From assembly GCA_963725125.1 (NCBI GenBank), contig CAVRXW010000035.1, positions 3,567 to 67,566 of the forward strand: a stretch of DNA of 64,000 nt, in the 5' to 3' direction. Numbering within the stretch: position 1 is the first letter of the stretch; each line of letters starts with the position of its first letter. Below the pieces are notes generated by a model. That model was not told the DNA's origin, made no database searches, and saw only the letters and a list, made by a program, of their open reading frames with translations. Origin of the DNA: an uncultured Actinomycetes bacterium (GTDB lineage Bacteria; Actinomycetota; Actinomycetes; Streptosporangiales; Streptosporangiaceae). Made by a program: the position numbers and the translations under genes. Below are positions 27,118 through 39,450 of the stretch, piece after piece.

Positions 27118-27274
27118 GGTGCCATACGGTGCGACCTGCGCCAACGCAGGTTTGCCCATTCGGTACCAGATCGAGCCGTTGCCGCGTCCAAGGACTGCCT
27201 TCCTGGCGCTTCTGGGCCGTAATATCGGCAAAGTGCCCAGCCCGACGCCCACCGGCCCGGAGTTGCCTGACCGG

Positions 27275-28768
27275 ATGGTGCCGCCGATGCCGGGCAGTGT
27301 CCTGTGGGGGTGGGCCGGCCCGCTGCTGGTGACGCTCTTCGGCGCGTTCCTGCGCTTCAACCGGCTGGGCCTGCCGCGTGCCGTGCTGTTCGACGAGACC
27401 TACTACGTCCCCGACGCCTACGGGATCCTCAGGCACGGCGTGGAGATCGACCACGTCAGCAACGTCAACACGCTGCTGGCCCGGGGCAGCACGCACATCC
27501 TGGAAGGCACCAAGGGTGAGTACGTGGTCCACCCGCCGCTCGGCAAGATGCTCATCGCGGTCGGGGAGTGGCTGTTCGGGCTGACCCCGTTCGGCTGGCG
27601 GTTCGCCGTCGCCGTGGTGGGCTCGCTGGCCATCCTGATGACGGCGCGGATCGCGCGCCGGATGACCCGTTCGACGCTGCTCGGCTGCACCGCGGGGTTG
27701 CTGCTGGCCCTGGACGGGCTGGAGTTCGTGCTGAGCCGCACCGCGATCCTGGACATCTTCGTCATGTTCTGGGTGCTGGCCGCCTTCGGCCTGCTGGTGC
27801 TCGACCGGGACCGGACCAGGGCCGTCCTGGCGGCGGCCGGGCGCGGGGATGCCGACGGGCCCCGGCTCGGCTTTCGCTGGCCGCTGCTGCTGGCCGGCCT
27901 GTGCCTGGGCTGCGCCTGCGCGACCAAGTGGAACGGCGTGTGGTACCTGCCCGCCTTCGCCGCCCTGGTGGTGGCCTGGGACCTGGGTGCGCGGCGGGCC
28001 GCCGGGTTCGGCACGGGGCTGCGCGGCACGGTCCGCAGCGACGTGCCGTGGCTGCCGGTCTGGTTCGCAGTCATCCCAGCCGCCGTCTACGTGCTCACCT
28101 GGACCGGCTGGTTCGCCACCAGCTATGGGTTCGACCGCAACGGCGCCGCGCTCAACGGCGGCCACCCGGCCAGCACGATCGTGGCCTGGCTGCAGTACAA
28201 CAAGTCGATGCTCGGGTACGGCCTCGGGCTGCAGGCCTACCAGCCGTACAAGTCCAACCCGCTGGGCTGGCCGGTGCTGGCCAGGCCGATCTCGTTCTAC
28301 TCCAACTGCCTGCCGGCGGGCCACTGCGGCGGGGTCCCCTCGTCCACCGAGCAGGAGGTGCTGGCGATAGGGACGCCGCTGATCTGGTGGGGCGGCGCCG
28401 CCGCGCTGGTGATCTGCCTGGCCTGGTGGCTGACCCGCCGCGACTGGCGCACCGGTGCGGTGCTGCTCGGCGTCGCGGCGGGCTGGGTGCCGTGGCTCTG
28501 GTTCTACTGGCACGACCACCGCACCGAGTTCTACTACTACGCCGTGGTGTTCGACCCGTTCCTGGTCATCGCGATCACGCTGTGCCTCGGGCTGATCCTC
28601 GGCCCGGCCCTGGCCGGGCCGAACCGCCGGGTGGCCGGCGCGGCCGTCGCCGGCGGCTACCTGCTCGCGGTCGTCGCGAACTTCTACTACCTGTATCCGG
28701 TCCTCGCCGGGCAGACCCTCCCGTTCGCGTCCTGGACGGCCCGGATGTGGTTCCACAGCTGGATCTGA
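27275..28768 (+). CDS. pmt: protein O-mannosyltransferase (GT39, Pmt)
   Basis: Loop-1 DE motif FDETYYVPDA, HPPLGK and ATKWNG. The architecture and length match mycobacterial Pmt. Confidence 0.9.
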   Translation: MVPPMPGSVLWGWAGPLLVTLFGAFLRFNRLGLPRAVLFDETYYVPDAYGILRHGVEIDHVSNVNTLLARGSTHILEGTKGEYVVHPPLGKMLIAVGEWLFGLTPFGWRFAVAVVGSLAILMTARIARRMTRSTLLGCTAGLLLALDGLEFVLSRTAILDIFVMFWVLAAFGLLVLDRDRTRAVLAAAGRGDADGPRLGFRWPLLLAGLCLGCACATKWNGVWYLPAFAALVVAWDLGARRAAGFGTGLRGTVRSDVPWLPVWFAVIPAAVYVLTWTGWFATSYGFDRNGAALNGGHPASTIVAWLQYNKSMLGYGLGLQAYQPYKSNPLGWPVLARPISFYSNCLPAGHCGGVPSSTEQEVLAIGTPLIWWGGAAALVICLAWWLTRRDWRTGAVLLGVAAGWVPWLWFYWHDHRTEFYYYAVVFDPFLVIAITLCLGLILGPALAGPNRRVAGAAVAGGYLLAVVANFYYLYPVLAGQTLPFASWTARMWFHSWI

Positions 28769-28921
28769 CCGGCGCCGGCCCGTGCCTGCCGCACCGCGCC
28801 AGGCCCCGCCCACCAGCTTTCATTGCATTACGGAACCACCGGCAGGCCGGGATCCTGCCGTAACCCTTGATCCCGCCCAGGTGCCGTGCGCAGGGACGAT
28901 TTCCCGGGCAATCTAGTGGGC

Positions 28922-29950
28922 ATGGCTGATGTCCTTGCGGGCCTGGCCCGCTGCCCGGTGATCGTGGCGCCGATGGCCGGAGGCCCTTCCACGGCCGGCC
29001 TGGTGATCGCGGCCTCCGCCGCGGGCGCGCTGGGCTTCCTGGCCGCCGGGTACAAGACGGCCGCCGCGATGCGGGCGGAGATGGACGCGGTGCGGGCCGC
29101 GGGCATCCCGTTCGGGGTCAACGTGTTCGTGCCCGGCGCGCCGGCGGCGGACCGCGCCGCGGTCATCCGCTACCTCGCCGAACTGGAGCCGGATGCCGCC
29201 GCGCTGGGCGTCCGCCCGGGCGCGCCGGACTGGGCCGACGACGACTGGGACGGCAAGCTAACGGCCCTGGCCGCCGATCCGCCGGCGGCCGTCAGCTTCA
29301 CCTTCGGCTGCCCGGAACCGGGCGTCATCGCGGCGCTCCGGGCCGCCGGGAGCCAGATGTGGGTGACCGTCACCGCACCGGAGGAGGCCGCGCTCGCGGC
29401 CGCGCGCGGCGCCGACGGCCTGTGCGTCCAGGGCCCCGAGGCCGGCGCCCACCGCGGCACCTTCACCGTTCCCGCCAGCCCGCCGGCCGTGCCGCTGCAC
29501 CGGCTGCTCCGCGACGTCGCGGCGGTCACCGGCCTGCCGCTGATCGCCGCCGGCGGGATCATGAGCCCCACGGACGTCCGCGCCGCGCTGGCCGGTGGTG
29601 CGGTGGCGGTCCAGTGCGGCACGGCGTTCCTGCGCTGCCCGGAAAGCGGGGCGAGCCCCCTGCACAAGGCGGCCCTCGCGGATCCGGCGTTCACCGCGAC
29701 CGCGGTCACCCGCGCGTTCACCGGCCGGCCCGCGCGCGGCCTGGTCAACCGCTTCATGCTGGATCACCCGGACGCGCCCGGCGCCTACCCCGAGGTGCAC
29801 TTCGCCACCCGGCCGCTGCGGGCGGCCGCCGCGGCGGCGGGCGACACCGGCCGGATGAACCTGTGGGCGGGCGAGGGCTTCAGGGCGGCCACCGCGCGCC
29901 CCGCCGCCGAGATCGTGGAACTCCTCGCCGGCGGCCCGGGCGCCGGCTGA
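28922..29950 (+). CDS. nitronate monooxygenase (NMO/2-nitropropane dioxygenase family)
   Basis: PVIVAPMAGGPSTAGLVIAASAAGALGFL...IAAGGIMSPTDV. Confidence 0.85.
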   Translation: MADVLAGLARCPVIVAPMAGGPSTAGLVIAASAAGALGFLAAGYKTAAAMRAEMDAVRAAGIPFGVNVFVPGAPAADRAAVIRYLAELEPDAAALGVRPGAPDWADDDWDGKLTALAADPPAAVSFTFGCPEPGVIAALRAAGSQMWVTVTAPEEAALAAARGADGLCVQGPEAGAHRGTFTVPASPPAVPLHRLLRDVAAVTGLPLIAAGGIMSPTDVRAALAGGAVAVQCGTAFLRCPESGASPLHKAALADPAFTATAVTRAFTGRPARGLVNRFMLDHPDAPGAYPEVHFATRPLRAAAAAAGDTGRMNLWAGEGFRAATARPAAEIVELLAGGPGAG

Positions 29951-30311
29951 GCCGCCTTCCCGGCGGGCCCGGGCCCGCGCCGCGGGCGCGCGGCGTCCCC
30001 GGCCGGTCCGAGGCTGCGCGGCCGCCGGGGCGGTTCAGCCCGCGGCGAAGCGGCCTTGCGGCCCGGGCCGGCGCGGCGAGGATGGAAGCAAGCCGATCAA
30101 CCCCGTGATCATGGCGCTTTGGTCGCTCCGTCGGCAGCGCACCCATGGTCACGGACGATTTCCCGCGTTCCATGTGCGGAGAATCGTCCGTGATCATGGA
30201 AGCCAGGCCGCTCAGGCCGGTTTCGGATTTGGTGTGCCACGCCACAGCGGCCAGAACGCCATGACCACGAGTGGCCGGCCACTGGGGACCGGGCAACCGG
30301 GAGGAGCTGGC

Positions 30312-31057
30312 ATGCGGGTCGCTGTTCTTGCCGACATCCACGGCAACCTGCCGGCGCTCGACGCCGTGCTGGCGGAGGCCGAGGCCGCCGGGGCGGACGT
30401 GATCGTGCTCAACGGCGACATGGCCACCGGCCCGATGCCCGCGCAGACCCTGGAGCGGCTGGCCGGGCTGGGCGAGCGGGCGGTCTGGGTCCGGGGCAAC
30501 TGCGAGCGGGAACTCGCCGGCGCCTGGACGGCACCCTCGACCCTGACCTGCCCGAGGTGGCCCGGGTGCCCGCCGAGTACTGCGCGGCGCAGCTGGAACG
30601 GGCGCACCGCGACCTGCTGGACGGCCTGCCGCTGTCGGTCACGCTGGAGGTGACCGGGCTGGGACCGGTCCGGTTCTGCCACGCCACGGCGGTCAGCGAC
30701 ACCGCCATCGTGCTGGTGGACTCACCGGTCGCCGGCTTCCGCGCCGGGTTCGCCGATGTCACCGAGGCCACGGTGGTGCTCGGCCACACGCACATGCCGT
30801 TCGACCGCCTCGCCGACCGCCGCCGGTTCGTCAACCCGGGCAGCGTCGGCATGCCCTACGGGACACCGGGCGCATACTGGGCCCTGCTCGGCCCGGACGT
30901 CGTCCTGCGGCGCACCGGATACGACCTCAGCGAGGCCGGGCGGGCGATGGCGGCCGCCGCGCCCGGGTACCCGGGCCTGGCGGAGTTCGTCGCCGAGAAC
31001 GTGCTGACCGTCCCGTCCGACGCCGAGGCCCTGGCAGTGTTCTCCGGGTCCGGCTGA
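30312..31057 (+). pseudogene. metallophosphoesterase, one apparent frameshift
   Basis: MRVAVLADIHGN..LNGDM..RGNCE is in frame 1. LDGTLDPDLPEVARV...VLGHTHMPFDR...NPGSVG is in frame 2. The switch is near 30515-30526. Confidence 0.7.
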
Positions 31058-31088
31058 CCCGCTATCCGCCGTGGCCGGCGTTATGCCC

Positions 31089-33170
<2,082 letters not shown>

Positions 33171-33222
33171 TCGTCCTCGTTCATGTCCGTTGCCGGTAGC
33201 TGGCCGGGGGAGAGCCTTGGTT

Positions 33223-34200
33223 CTAGCGGCGCTGGAGCCGCACCTCGACAGCGTCCCGGAGACCCTCACCGACGAAGATGGCCGCGGTGATGACCAGGAT
33301 GATCGCGACGCCTGCCGGGAAGATCAGCCACCAGTAGCCGTCATAGACGTACTGGACACCGTCGCTGAGCATCCCGCCCCAGTCCTGCTTCGGGGGCGCG
33401 ACGCCCAGGCCCAGGTAGCTCAGGGCGACGACCAGGGCGATCGCGTCGGCCACCTGGAAGGTGGCGTTGACCATGATGGTCCCGATCGCGTTGGGCGCGA
33501 TATGCCGCAGCACCGCCCGGGTGCCGCCGCCGCCCATGACCTTCATTGCCTGGACGTACTCCCGCACCCGCAGCGAGAGCGCCTCGCCGCGGACCAGGCG
33601 CGAGGTGGTGAGCCAGGAAGTGAGCGCGATCACGAGGATCAGGATCGGCACCGTCGGCTGGACGATGGCCACCACGACCAGGGCGAGGAACAGCGTGGGG
33701 ATGGACAGCAGCGCGTCCACGATGCGCATCATGCTCGCGTCCAGCACGCCGCCGAAGTACCCGGCGACCGCGCCCCACAGCACCCCCACGACGGTGGCCA
33801 GGGCCGCCGCCGCGATGCCGACCTCCAGCGAGATCTGGCCCGCCACCATCAGCCGCCCGAGCACGTCATAGCCGTTGGAGTCGGTGCCCAGCGGGTGCGC
33901 CGCGCTCGGCGGCATGTTCTCGATCGCGAAGTTCACATGGATCTGGTCGGTGTGGTAGAAGACCGGCCCGAGAAAACAGAACGCGAATATCGCGACAAAG
34001 ATCGCGACACCGGTGACCGCCAGCTTGTTCTCCAGGAACACGTCCACGCTGCGCCGGAAGGCGCTGCGCGGCTTGCCCGCGGGCAGCATTCCCGGGGCCA
34101 GGGCCGAGGCCTCGCCGAGCGGCTGGGAGGTAGCGGTCGCCAGCCCCATGGCCGATGACTCGGGGCCGGGCGGGGGGTCGGCTGGCAGATTGATCGTCAT
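33223..34200 (-). CDS. peptide ABC transporter permease (DppC-like)
   Basis: BPD_transp_1 core, and ATGA overlap with the upstream permease. Confidence 0.9.
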   Translation of the reverse strand: MTINLPADPPPGPESSAMGLATATSQPLGEASALAPGMLPAGKPRSAFRRSVDVFLENKLAVTGVAIFVAIFAFCFLGPVFYHTDQIHVNFAIENMPPSAAHPLGTDSNGYDVLGRLMVAGQISLEVGIAAAALATVVGVLWGAVAGYFGGVLDASMMRIVDALLSIPTLFLALVVVAIVQPTVPILILVIALTSWLTTSRLVRGEALSLRVREYVQAMKVMGGGGTRAVLRHIAPNAIGTIMVNATFQVADAIALVVALSYLGLGVAPPKQDWGGMLSDGVQYVYDGYWWLIFPAGVAIILVITAAIFVGEGLRDAVEVRLQRR

Positions 34201-35219
34201 GAGCTCACGTACCTCACTCGGGGGTCCAGCACCGCGTAGGCGATATCCGCCAGCAGCGACCCGACCACGGTTGCCAGCGACACCACGACGGTAAAGCCCA
34301 GAAGTGTCGGATAGTCCTGCTTGAGAGCCGACTGGTAGAAGAGATACCCCATGCCGGGGTAGTTGAAGACGGCCTCGGTGATCAGCGCGCCCGCGAGAAT
34401 CCCGGGCAGGCTCAGCCCGAGCAGGGTCGCGATCGGGATCAGCGAGTTGCGCAGCACGTGCCGGATCAGCACCCGCCGCTCGCTGGCCCCCTTGGCCCGC
34501 GCGGTGCGGACGTAGTCCTCGGTGAGGTTGTCCAGCACCGAGGAGCGCATGTACCTGCTGAACAGGGCGATCGTGATCAGGCACAGCGTGGCGATCGGCA
34601 AGATCAGCGCGTTGAAGTTGGTGAACACCGCGCCCAGGCCCTCACCCTGCGGGCCCTCTGGCGGCAGGATCGGGAACTTGATGGCGAAGACCAGGATCGC
34701 GACGATCCCGATGAGGAAGGCAGGCGTGGCGTAGAAGATCGTGGAGAACGCGTTGAACGCGTGGTCGGTCAGCTTGTTGCGGCGCACCGCCTGGATCACC
34801 CCGATGGGGATGGCGAGGACCAGCGCCAGGAGCGTGGAGATCCCGACCAGCACGATGGTCTTGGGCAGCCGGTCCGCCAGCAGGGAGGCGACGCTCTGGT
34901 TGAGCGTCCAGGAGTACCCGAGCTGGCCCCGGGCGAGATGGCCCACCCACAGGAAGTACTGCCGGTACCAGGGCAGGTTGAAGCCGTAGGTGCTATCGAA
35001 GAGCTTGATGGCGGCCGGGTCGCGGTAGACACCGGGGCCCATCACCGCGACTGCGACGTTGCCGGGGATCGACCGCAGCAGCGCGAACGTGATCAGCGTC
35101 ACGATCAGCAGTACCACGATCGACTGGAGCACCCGGCGGATCATGAATGCTGCCAACGCTGGCCCCTTTCCGGTCCCCGCCTGTGGCGCCGGGGTGACCG
35201 GCGCCACAGACGGGACCAA
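34197..35219 (-). CDS. peptide ABC transporter permease (DppB-like)
   Basis: FMIRRVLQSIVVLL...EDYVRTARAKGASERRVLIRHVLRNSL. The start may be further downstream (TTG/ATG near 35144-35156). Confidence 0.9.
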   Translation of the reverse strand: MVPSVAPVTPAPQAGTGKGPALAAFMIRRVLQSIVVLLIVTLITFALLRSIPGNVAVAVMGPGVYRDPAAIKLFDSTYGFNLPWYRQYFLWVGHLARGQLGYSWTLNQSVASLLADRLPKTIVLVGISTLLALVLAIPIGVIQAVRRNKLTDHAFNAFSTIFYATPAFLIGIVAILVFAIKFPILPPEGPQGEGLGAVFTNFNALILPIATLCLITIALFSRYMRSSVLDNLTEDYVRTARAKGASERRVLIRHVLRNSLIPIATLLGLSLPGILAGALITEAVFNYPGMGYLFYQSALKQDYPTLLGFTVVVSLATVVGSLLADIAYAVLDPRVRYVSS

Positions 35220-35254
35220 GCACGCGACCCGCGAGGGTCATGTGCCAGACATTA

Positions 35255-37147
35255 CTACTTCACGAAATACCAGTTTTCCGGGTTGAAGCCGAGCGTCGGG
35301 CTCTGCGGAGTGACGCCCTTGAGGTTGTTGACAATCTCGGTCAGCGAGTACGCGCCGTTCGGCTGGAACATCACCGGCAGCTGCTCGGCAAGGTAGTTCT
35401 GCCAGGTGTACATGGCCTGCGGGTTGTCGCTGGACAGCGTGGTGTTGATGTAGTTGTCGTTGGTCTTGCTGCAGTACCCGCCGGAGTTCGCGATGGCGCC
35501 GCACAGGAACAGCGTCTCGCCGGTCGGCGAGTAGTCCGGCGCGAACGACCAGCCGCCGCCCCAGTTGGCCAGGTCCCAGTCGCACGGGATGTGTGCGACC
35601 TTGCAGTTGCCGGCGGCCAGGGCAGTGACCTGGTTGAACGGCTTGGGCTCAAGGTTGATCTTGATCCCGACCAGGGACGCGTTGGACTGCAGCTGCTGCA
35701 TCTCCTGGGTGATCCACTGGGTGCCCGAGGCGTACGGCATGTTGAAGACCAGCTGGTGACCGGACTTGATGCCAGGCCCGCACAGGCTCGCGTTCGTGCA
35801 GGTGGTCACGCCGTTGGGGGTGACCTTCCAGCCGTGGCTGGACAGCAGGCTCTTGGCCTTGTCCGGGCTGTAGGGGAAGATCGGCCCGCCCTTCTGCTGC
35901 GGCGACAGGTAGTGGGTCACCGGAGTGTTCCCGACCGGGCCCTGGGTCAGCGTGCCGTAACCGCGCAGCGGGCCCTTGATGACCGATTCCTGGTTGAGCA
36001 GGTAGGCCAGGGCCTGGCGGAAGTACAGCTGGTTGATGACCGGGCCGTTGCCGGTGCTGCTCTGGAAGTTCATCACGAAGTAGTTGATGCCCCAGACGTA
36101 CAGCGGCGACAGCGAGTAACCGGACAGCGGGTTGGAACCCGCGGTGAGCGGGCTGGAGCCTGCGGGCTTGGCCGGGGCGTCCTGCGACGGCAGGTACCCG
36201 ACGTCGATCTTCTGCCCGCCAGCGGCCGGCGACCGCAGCACGTTGTACTCCGCCGAGTCCGTGGTGAACGGCGCCTCCTGGAACTGCGCGAGGCTCGGCT
36301 TGACCGGGCCGGAGTACTTCGGGTTCGGCACGAACGTGATGTGACCGTCGGCGTTGAATGCCGACAGCTTCCACGGGCCGTCCACGACCGACCACAGCGG
36401 TGAGCCGACGTAGGTGGTCAGCGCCTTGGACTGGGCGTCCAGGTACTTGTAGACGGCGGCGCAGTCAGCGACCTTGGTCGCGCAGCTCGACGGCCCGGAG
36501 GCGGTCTTGTCCCACGCCGGGGGCATCGGGGTGATCTGCGACAGGTCGTTGTACAGGAACCAGGTGTGCGAGTACGCCTTGTTCGTGGTGATCTGCAGCT
36601 CGGTGGGGCTGACGACCTTGATGTTGGACACGAACGAGGCCGGGAACCCGCTGTAGGCGCCCCAGTCGGTCGGGCCGACGGCCTTGAGCATGTTGATCCA
36701 GAACATCACGTCGGCCGTGGTGACCGGGGTGCCGTCGGACCACATGTAGCTCTTGAGCTTGATGGTGGCGGTGTTGCCCGACCAGGTCGGCGCGCTCGCC
36801 AGGCTCAGGGACGGGTTCATCAGCGGCTGCGCCCCGTCGCCGAACCAGTACAGCGGCCGGTACATCAGCTGGGCGAAGTTGTCCGAGTTGATGACACTGA
36901 TGTAGGCGCTGGACTCGAACGGGAAGATGTAGTTCGGCGTGGACGACGGGGGCAGTGCCCACACCGCCGTGCCGCCCTTGACCTTCGCGCCGGTCGTGGT
37001 GCCGCTGCCGGTCGTGGTGCTGCTACTGCTGCTGCAGCCGGCGGCGACGAGCGCCAGCGCGACCGCGCCTGCACCCACCGCCATGGTCATCCGGCCGCCG
37101 AGCCTCCAGGCTCTGCGGCTGCTTCGTTCCTGTGGGGCTGGCCCCAT
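35255..37147 (-). CDS. peptide ABC transporter substrate-binding lipoprotein (SBP family 5)
   Basis: Lipobox LVAAGCSSS and a long SBP_bac_5-like body. The start was chosen at the ATG 37147. Confidence 0.9.
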   Translation of the reverse strand: MGPAPQERSSRRAWRLGGRMTMAVGAGAVALALVAAGCSSSSSTTTGSGTTTGAKVKGGTAVWALPPSSTPNYIFPFESSAYISVINSDNFAQLMYRPLYWFGDGAQPLMNPSLSLASAPTWSGNTATIKLKSYMWSDGTPVTTADVMFWINMLKAVGPTDWGAYSGFPASFVSNIKVVSPTELQITTNKAYSHTWFLYNDLSQITPMPPAWDKTASGPSSCATKVADCAAVYKYLDAQSKALTTYVGSPLWSVVDGPWKLSAFNADGHITFVPNPKYSGPVKPSLAQFQEAPFTTDSAEYNVLRSPAAGGQKIDVGYLPSQDAPAKPAGSSPLTAGSNPLSGYSLSPLYVWGINYFVMNFQSSTGNGPVINQLYFRQALAYLLNQESVIKGPLRGYGTLTQGPVGNTPVTHYLSPQQKGGPIFPYSPDKAKSLLSSHGWKVTPNGVTTCTNASLCGPGIKSGHQLVFNMPYASGTQWITQEMQQLQSNASLVGIKINLEPKPFNQVTALAAGNCKVAHIPCDWDLANWGGGWSFAPDYSPTGETLFLCGAIANSGGYCSKTNDNYINTTLSSDNPQAMYTWQNYLAEQLPVMFQPNGAYSLTEIVNNLKGVTPQSPTLGFNPENWYFVK

Positions 37148-37683
37148 GGTCGCGGCTCCTTCTACACGGGGAGGCGCCAGGCGCATCGTTGCGCCGGCGT
37201 GCTCCGACCAGACAAGGCGTCCGCATCGTGTTGGGCCGGGGGCGCGGCACGCCCCACGGCAGCATGCAGCGCGGGCGGAACGGGGCACCTGATCACGCTG
37301 GCACCCAGCACTGCCCGAGGCAGCATTGCGTATTGCACCTTGCCGTGCTCCTGACCACGACGACCACGATGTAGGACGGCCACTCCGCACTTCGTCCGCC
37401 CCAAGGGGAACTGTCACCGGTAGTTATCCGGCGAGGTCCCATACGGCTGCTGCGGAGTACGCAACTTAAACCTAGGAACGCGCCACAGATGCCTAAAGAC
37501 CCGGGTGTCAAGAGTTTCGGAATCGTGACGTAACCGTTACCGCCCTGGCCATAGACCCGTAGGGGGTCAAAGAGGCCTTTAAGTGATTAGCCGGCTACAA
37601 GGCGTTGTGCCCATTCCGGCGCGGAAAGGGCGCCAGTTGGCTTGCGGGGCGGGCACCGCGGACCCGGTGCGGAACGGGCCCGG

Positions 37684-37929
37684 TCAGGGGAGGTCGAACT
37701 CGCCGTCCTTGACGCCGAGGGTGAACGCTTCCCATTCCTCGGGCGTGAACGCGAGCACCGGGCCGTCCGGCTTCCTGGAGTCGCGCATCAGGTACAGCTT
37801 CTCGGCGTCGGCCTTGTGCGGCCAGCGGGAAGTGTCGGTGGTGACCGTCACTTCGACACAGTGCCGCGCGGTGCCGCAATGGCTTGCGCGGCGCCAGGCT
37901 GGCATGCCTGGCGGATTGTCTGTCAGCAC
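37684..37929 (-). CDS. DUF397 domain protein
   Basis: WRRASHCGTARHCVEVT...LMRDSRKPDGPVLAFTPEEWEAFTLGVKDGEFD. Confidence 0.75.
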   Translation of the reverse strand: MLTDNPPGMPAWRRASHCGTARHCVEVTVTTDTSRWPHKADAEKLYLMRDSRKPDGPVLAFTPEEWEAFTLGVKDGEFDLP

Positions 37930-38008
37930 GACTCCAGGCTACTCGTCACCGTCCGTGAAAGGTGCCTGGGCGCCCGCTGCGGGGCCGTCCCGGGGGCGCG
38001 CAGCCGGG

Positions 38009-38779
38009 TCAGGAGCCCGGCCTGCCGCGCGCCGGGCGGCCCCAGCCCCTGACCACGGGGTGCTGGCGCTCGTCGCGGGCCAGGCGCTGCAGTTCCTCGT
38101 CCGGATTGTCGCTGGCCGACAGCCAGGTGAGCAGGGTGACGAACACGACAGGCACGAAGCAGAAGGCCGACACCGCCCAGACCAGCCCGACGGTGATCTC
38201 CTGGTCGGCGACCGCGCTCAGTGCGCCGCCGGCCGGGTCGTAGCCGTGGAACACGGCATGGTTGGACATGCCGAGCGCGTAGGCGACCGCCCAGGTGGAC
38301 CACATGGCCAGTGCCGCGATGGCCGCGCGGTGCGGCTTGGGCAGCCGGGGCGCGAGCGGCGGCGAGGGGACTAGTTCCAGCCAGAGCGCGGTGCCCGCGG
38401 CCAGCAGCGTGATCAGTTCCGGCAGGACCAGCACGGGGTGCCGGGCCAGCGCGTCCATCACCGGCGGGAGCCGCCAGGCGGCGCTGACGCCGATGAACAC
38501 CAGCAGGAAGGCGGCCGCGCGCAGGAACGAGGTCTTTCGCCGCCGCGCGGCGGCCAGCCGGTCCAGCGGGCCGGTCAGGCGCAGCAGCCGCCAGGGCGCG
38601 CCGAGCACGAGCAGCGCGGGCCCGGCCATCGCGAACGCCAGGAACTGCGCGGACTCGGCCACGACGTACCGGCGGGCGGGCCCTTCGATGCCCAGGCCGG
38701 CCACGATCAGGGCCGCCCCGGCCGCGGCGAGCCACGGTCTGCCGCGGGCCGCGGCTGGCGGGCCAGGCTGCTGTGTCAT
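38009..38779 (-). CDS. cytochrome c oxidase assembly factor CtaG-like membrane protein
   Basis: Polytopic protein, 256 aa, with a pattern typical of the Caa3_CtaG family in actinobacteria. Confidence 0.7.
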   Translation of the reverse strand: MTQQPGPPAAARGRPWLAAAGAALIVAGLGIEGPARRYVVAESAQFLAFAMAGPALLVLGAPWRLLRLTGPLDRLAAARRRKTSFLRAAAFLLVFIGVSAAWRLPPVMDALARHPVLVLPELITLLAAGTALWLELVPSPPLAPRLPKPHRAAIAALAMWSTWAVAYALGMSNHAVFHGYDPAGGALSAVADQEITVGLVWAVSAFCFVPVVFVTLLTWLSASDNPDEELQRLARDERQHPVVRGWGRPARGRPGS

Positions 38780-38894
38780 GGGCGTCTCCCGAGCGCCGCC
38801 GGGCAGGGGGGCCGCGGCGGATGTCCTGCCGCCATGATCGCCGATCCGCGGGGTGCGCGGGGTGCCGGCGGGAGAAGTCTTTTAGGTTGGGCCC

Positions 38895-39356
38895 ATGCAG
38901 CTTGTCCATGAGTTCTCGGTTCCGGTGCCGGTCGACCAGGCGTGGCAGGTGCTCACCGATGTGGAGCGGATCGCGCCGTGCCTGCCCGGCGCCGAGCTGA
39001 CCGGGGTGGATGGGGACGCCTACCACGGCCAGGTGAAGATCAAGGTGGGCCCGATCACCGCCCAGTACCGGGGCACGGCGTCGTTCGCGGAGAAGGACGA
39101 GGCACGGCACCGGGTGGTGCTGAAGGCGTCCGGCCGCGAGACCCGTGGCCAGGGGAACGCGGCCGCCACGGTGACCGCGGAGATGGCCGCGGCCGGCGGC
39201 GGCACCACCGTGTCCATCGTCACCGACCTGTCCATCAGCGGCCGGGTCGCTCAGTTCGGCCGGGGCGTGATGGGCGACGTCAGCGCCCGGCTGCTTGAGC
39301 AGTTCGTCCGCAACCTGGAGACCGGCGTGCTGGGCGCCGGCCCGGCCGCCGGCTGA
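38895..39356 (+). CDS. SRPBCC/CoxG-family protein
   Basis: VDQAWQVLTDVERIAPCLPGAEL...GQVKIKVGPITAQYRGTA...ISGRVAQFGRGVM. Confidence 0.8.
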   Translation: MQLVHEFSVPVPVDQAWQVLTDVERIAPCLPGAELTGVDGDAYHGQVKIKVGPITAQYRGTASFAEKDEARHRVVLKASGRETRGQGNAAATVTAEMAAAGGGTTVSIVTDLSISGRVAQFGRGVMGDVSARLLEQFVRNLETGVLGAGPAAG

Positions 39357-39379
39357 GCCCCGCCCCGCCGCACGCGAAA

Positions 39380-39433
39380 GTGATGAACGTAGCAATCATC
39401 ACGTTCTTGGCTGATGAACGTCGCATTCATCAG
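39380..39433. repeat. two adjacent AT-rich inverted repeats sharing TGATGAACGT
   Basis: GTGATGA-n9-TCATCAC (39380-39402) and CTGATGAA-n7-TTCATCAG (39411-39433), between the convergent coxG-like and SDR genes. Confidence 0.6.
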
Positions 39434-39450
39434 CAACGAACGCGGGCAGG

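Noticed and set aside
26357-28813. 818-aa minus-strand ORF
   Set aside because: It is antisense to pmt and out of frame with the permease pseudogene. Its composition is Arg/Pro/Gly-rich and it shows no domain signature.
37923-39395. 490-aa minus-strand ORF
   Set aside because: It overlaps the CtaG-like gene out of frame and the CoxG-like gene in antisense, with no motifs.
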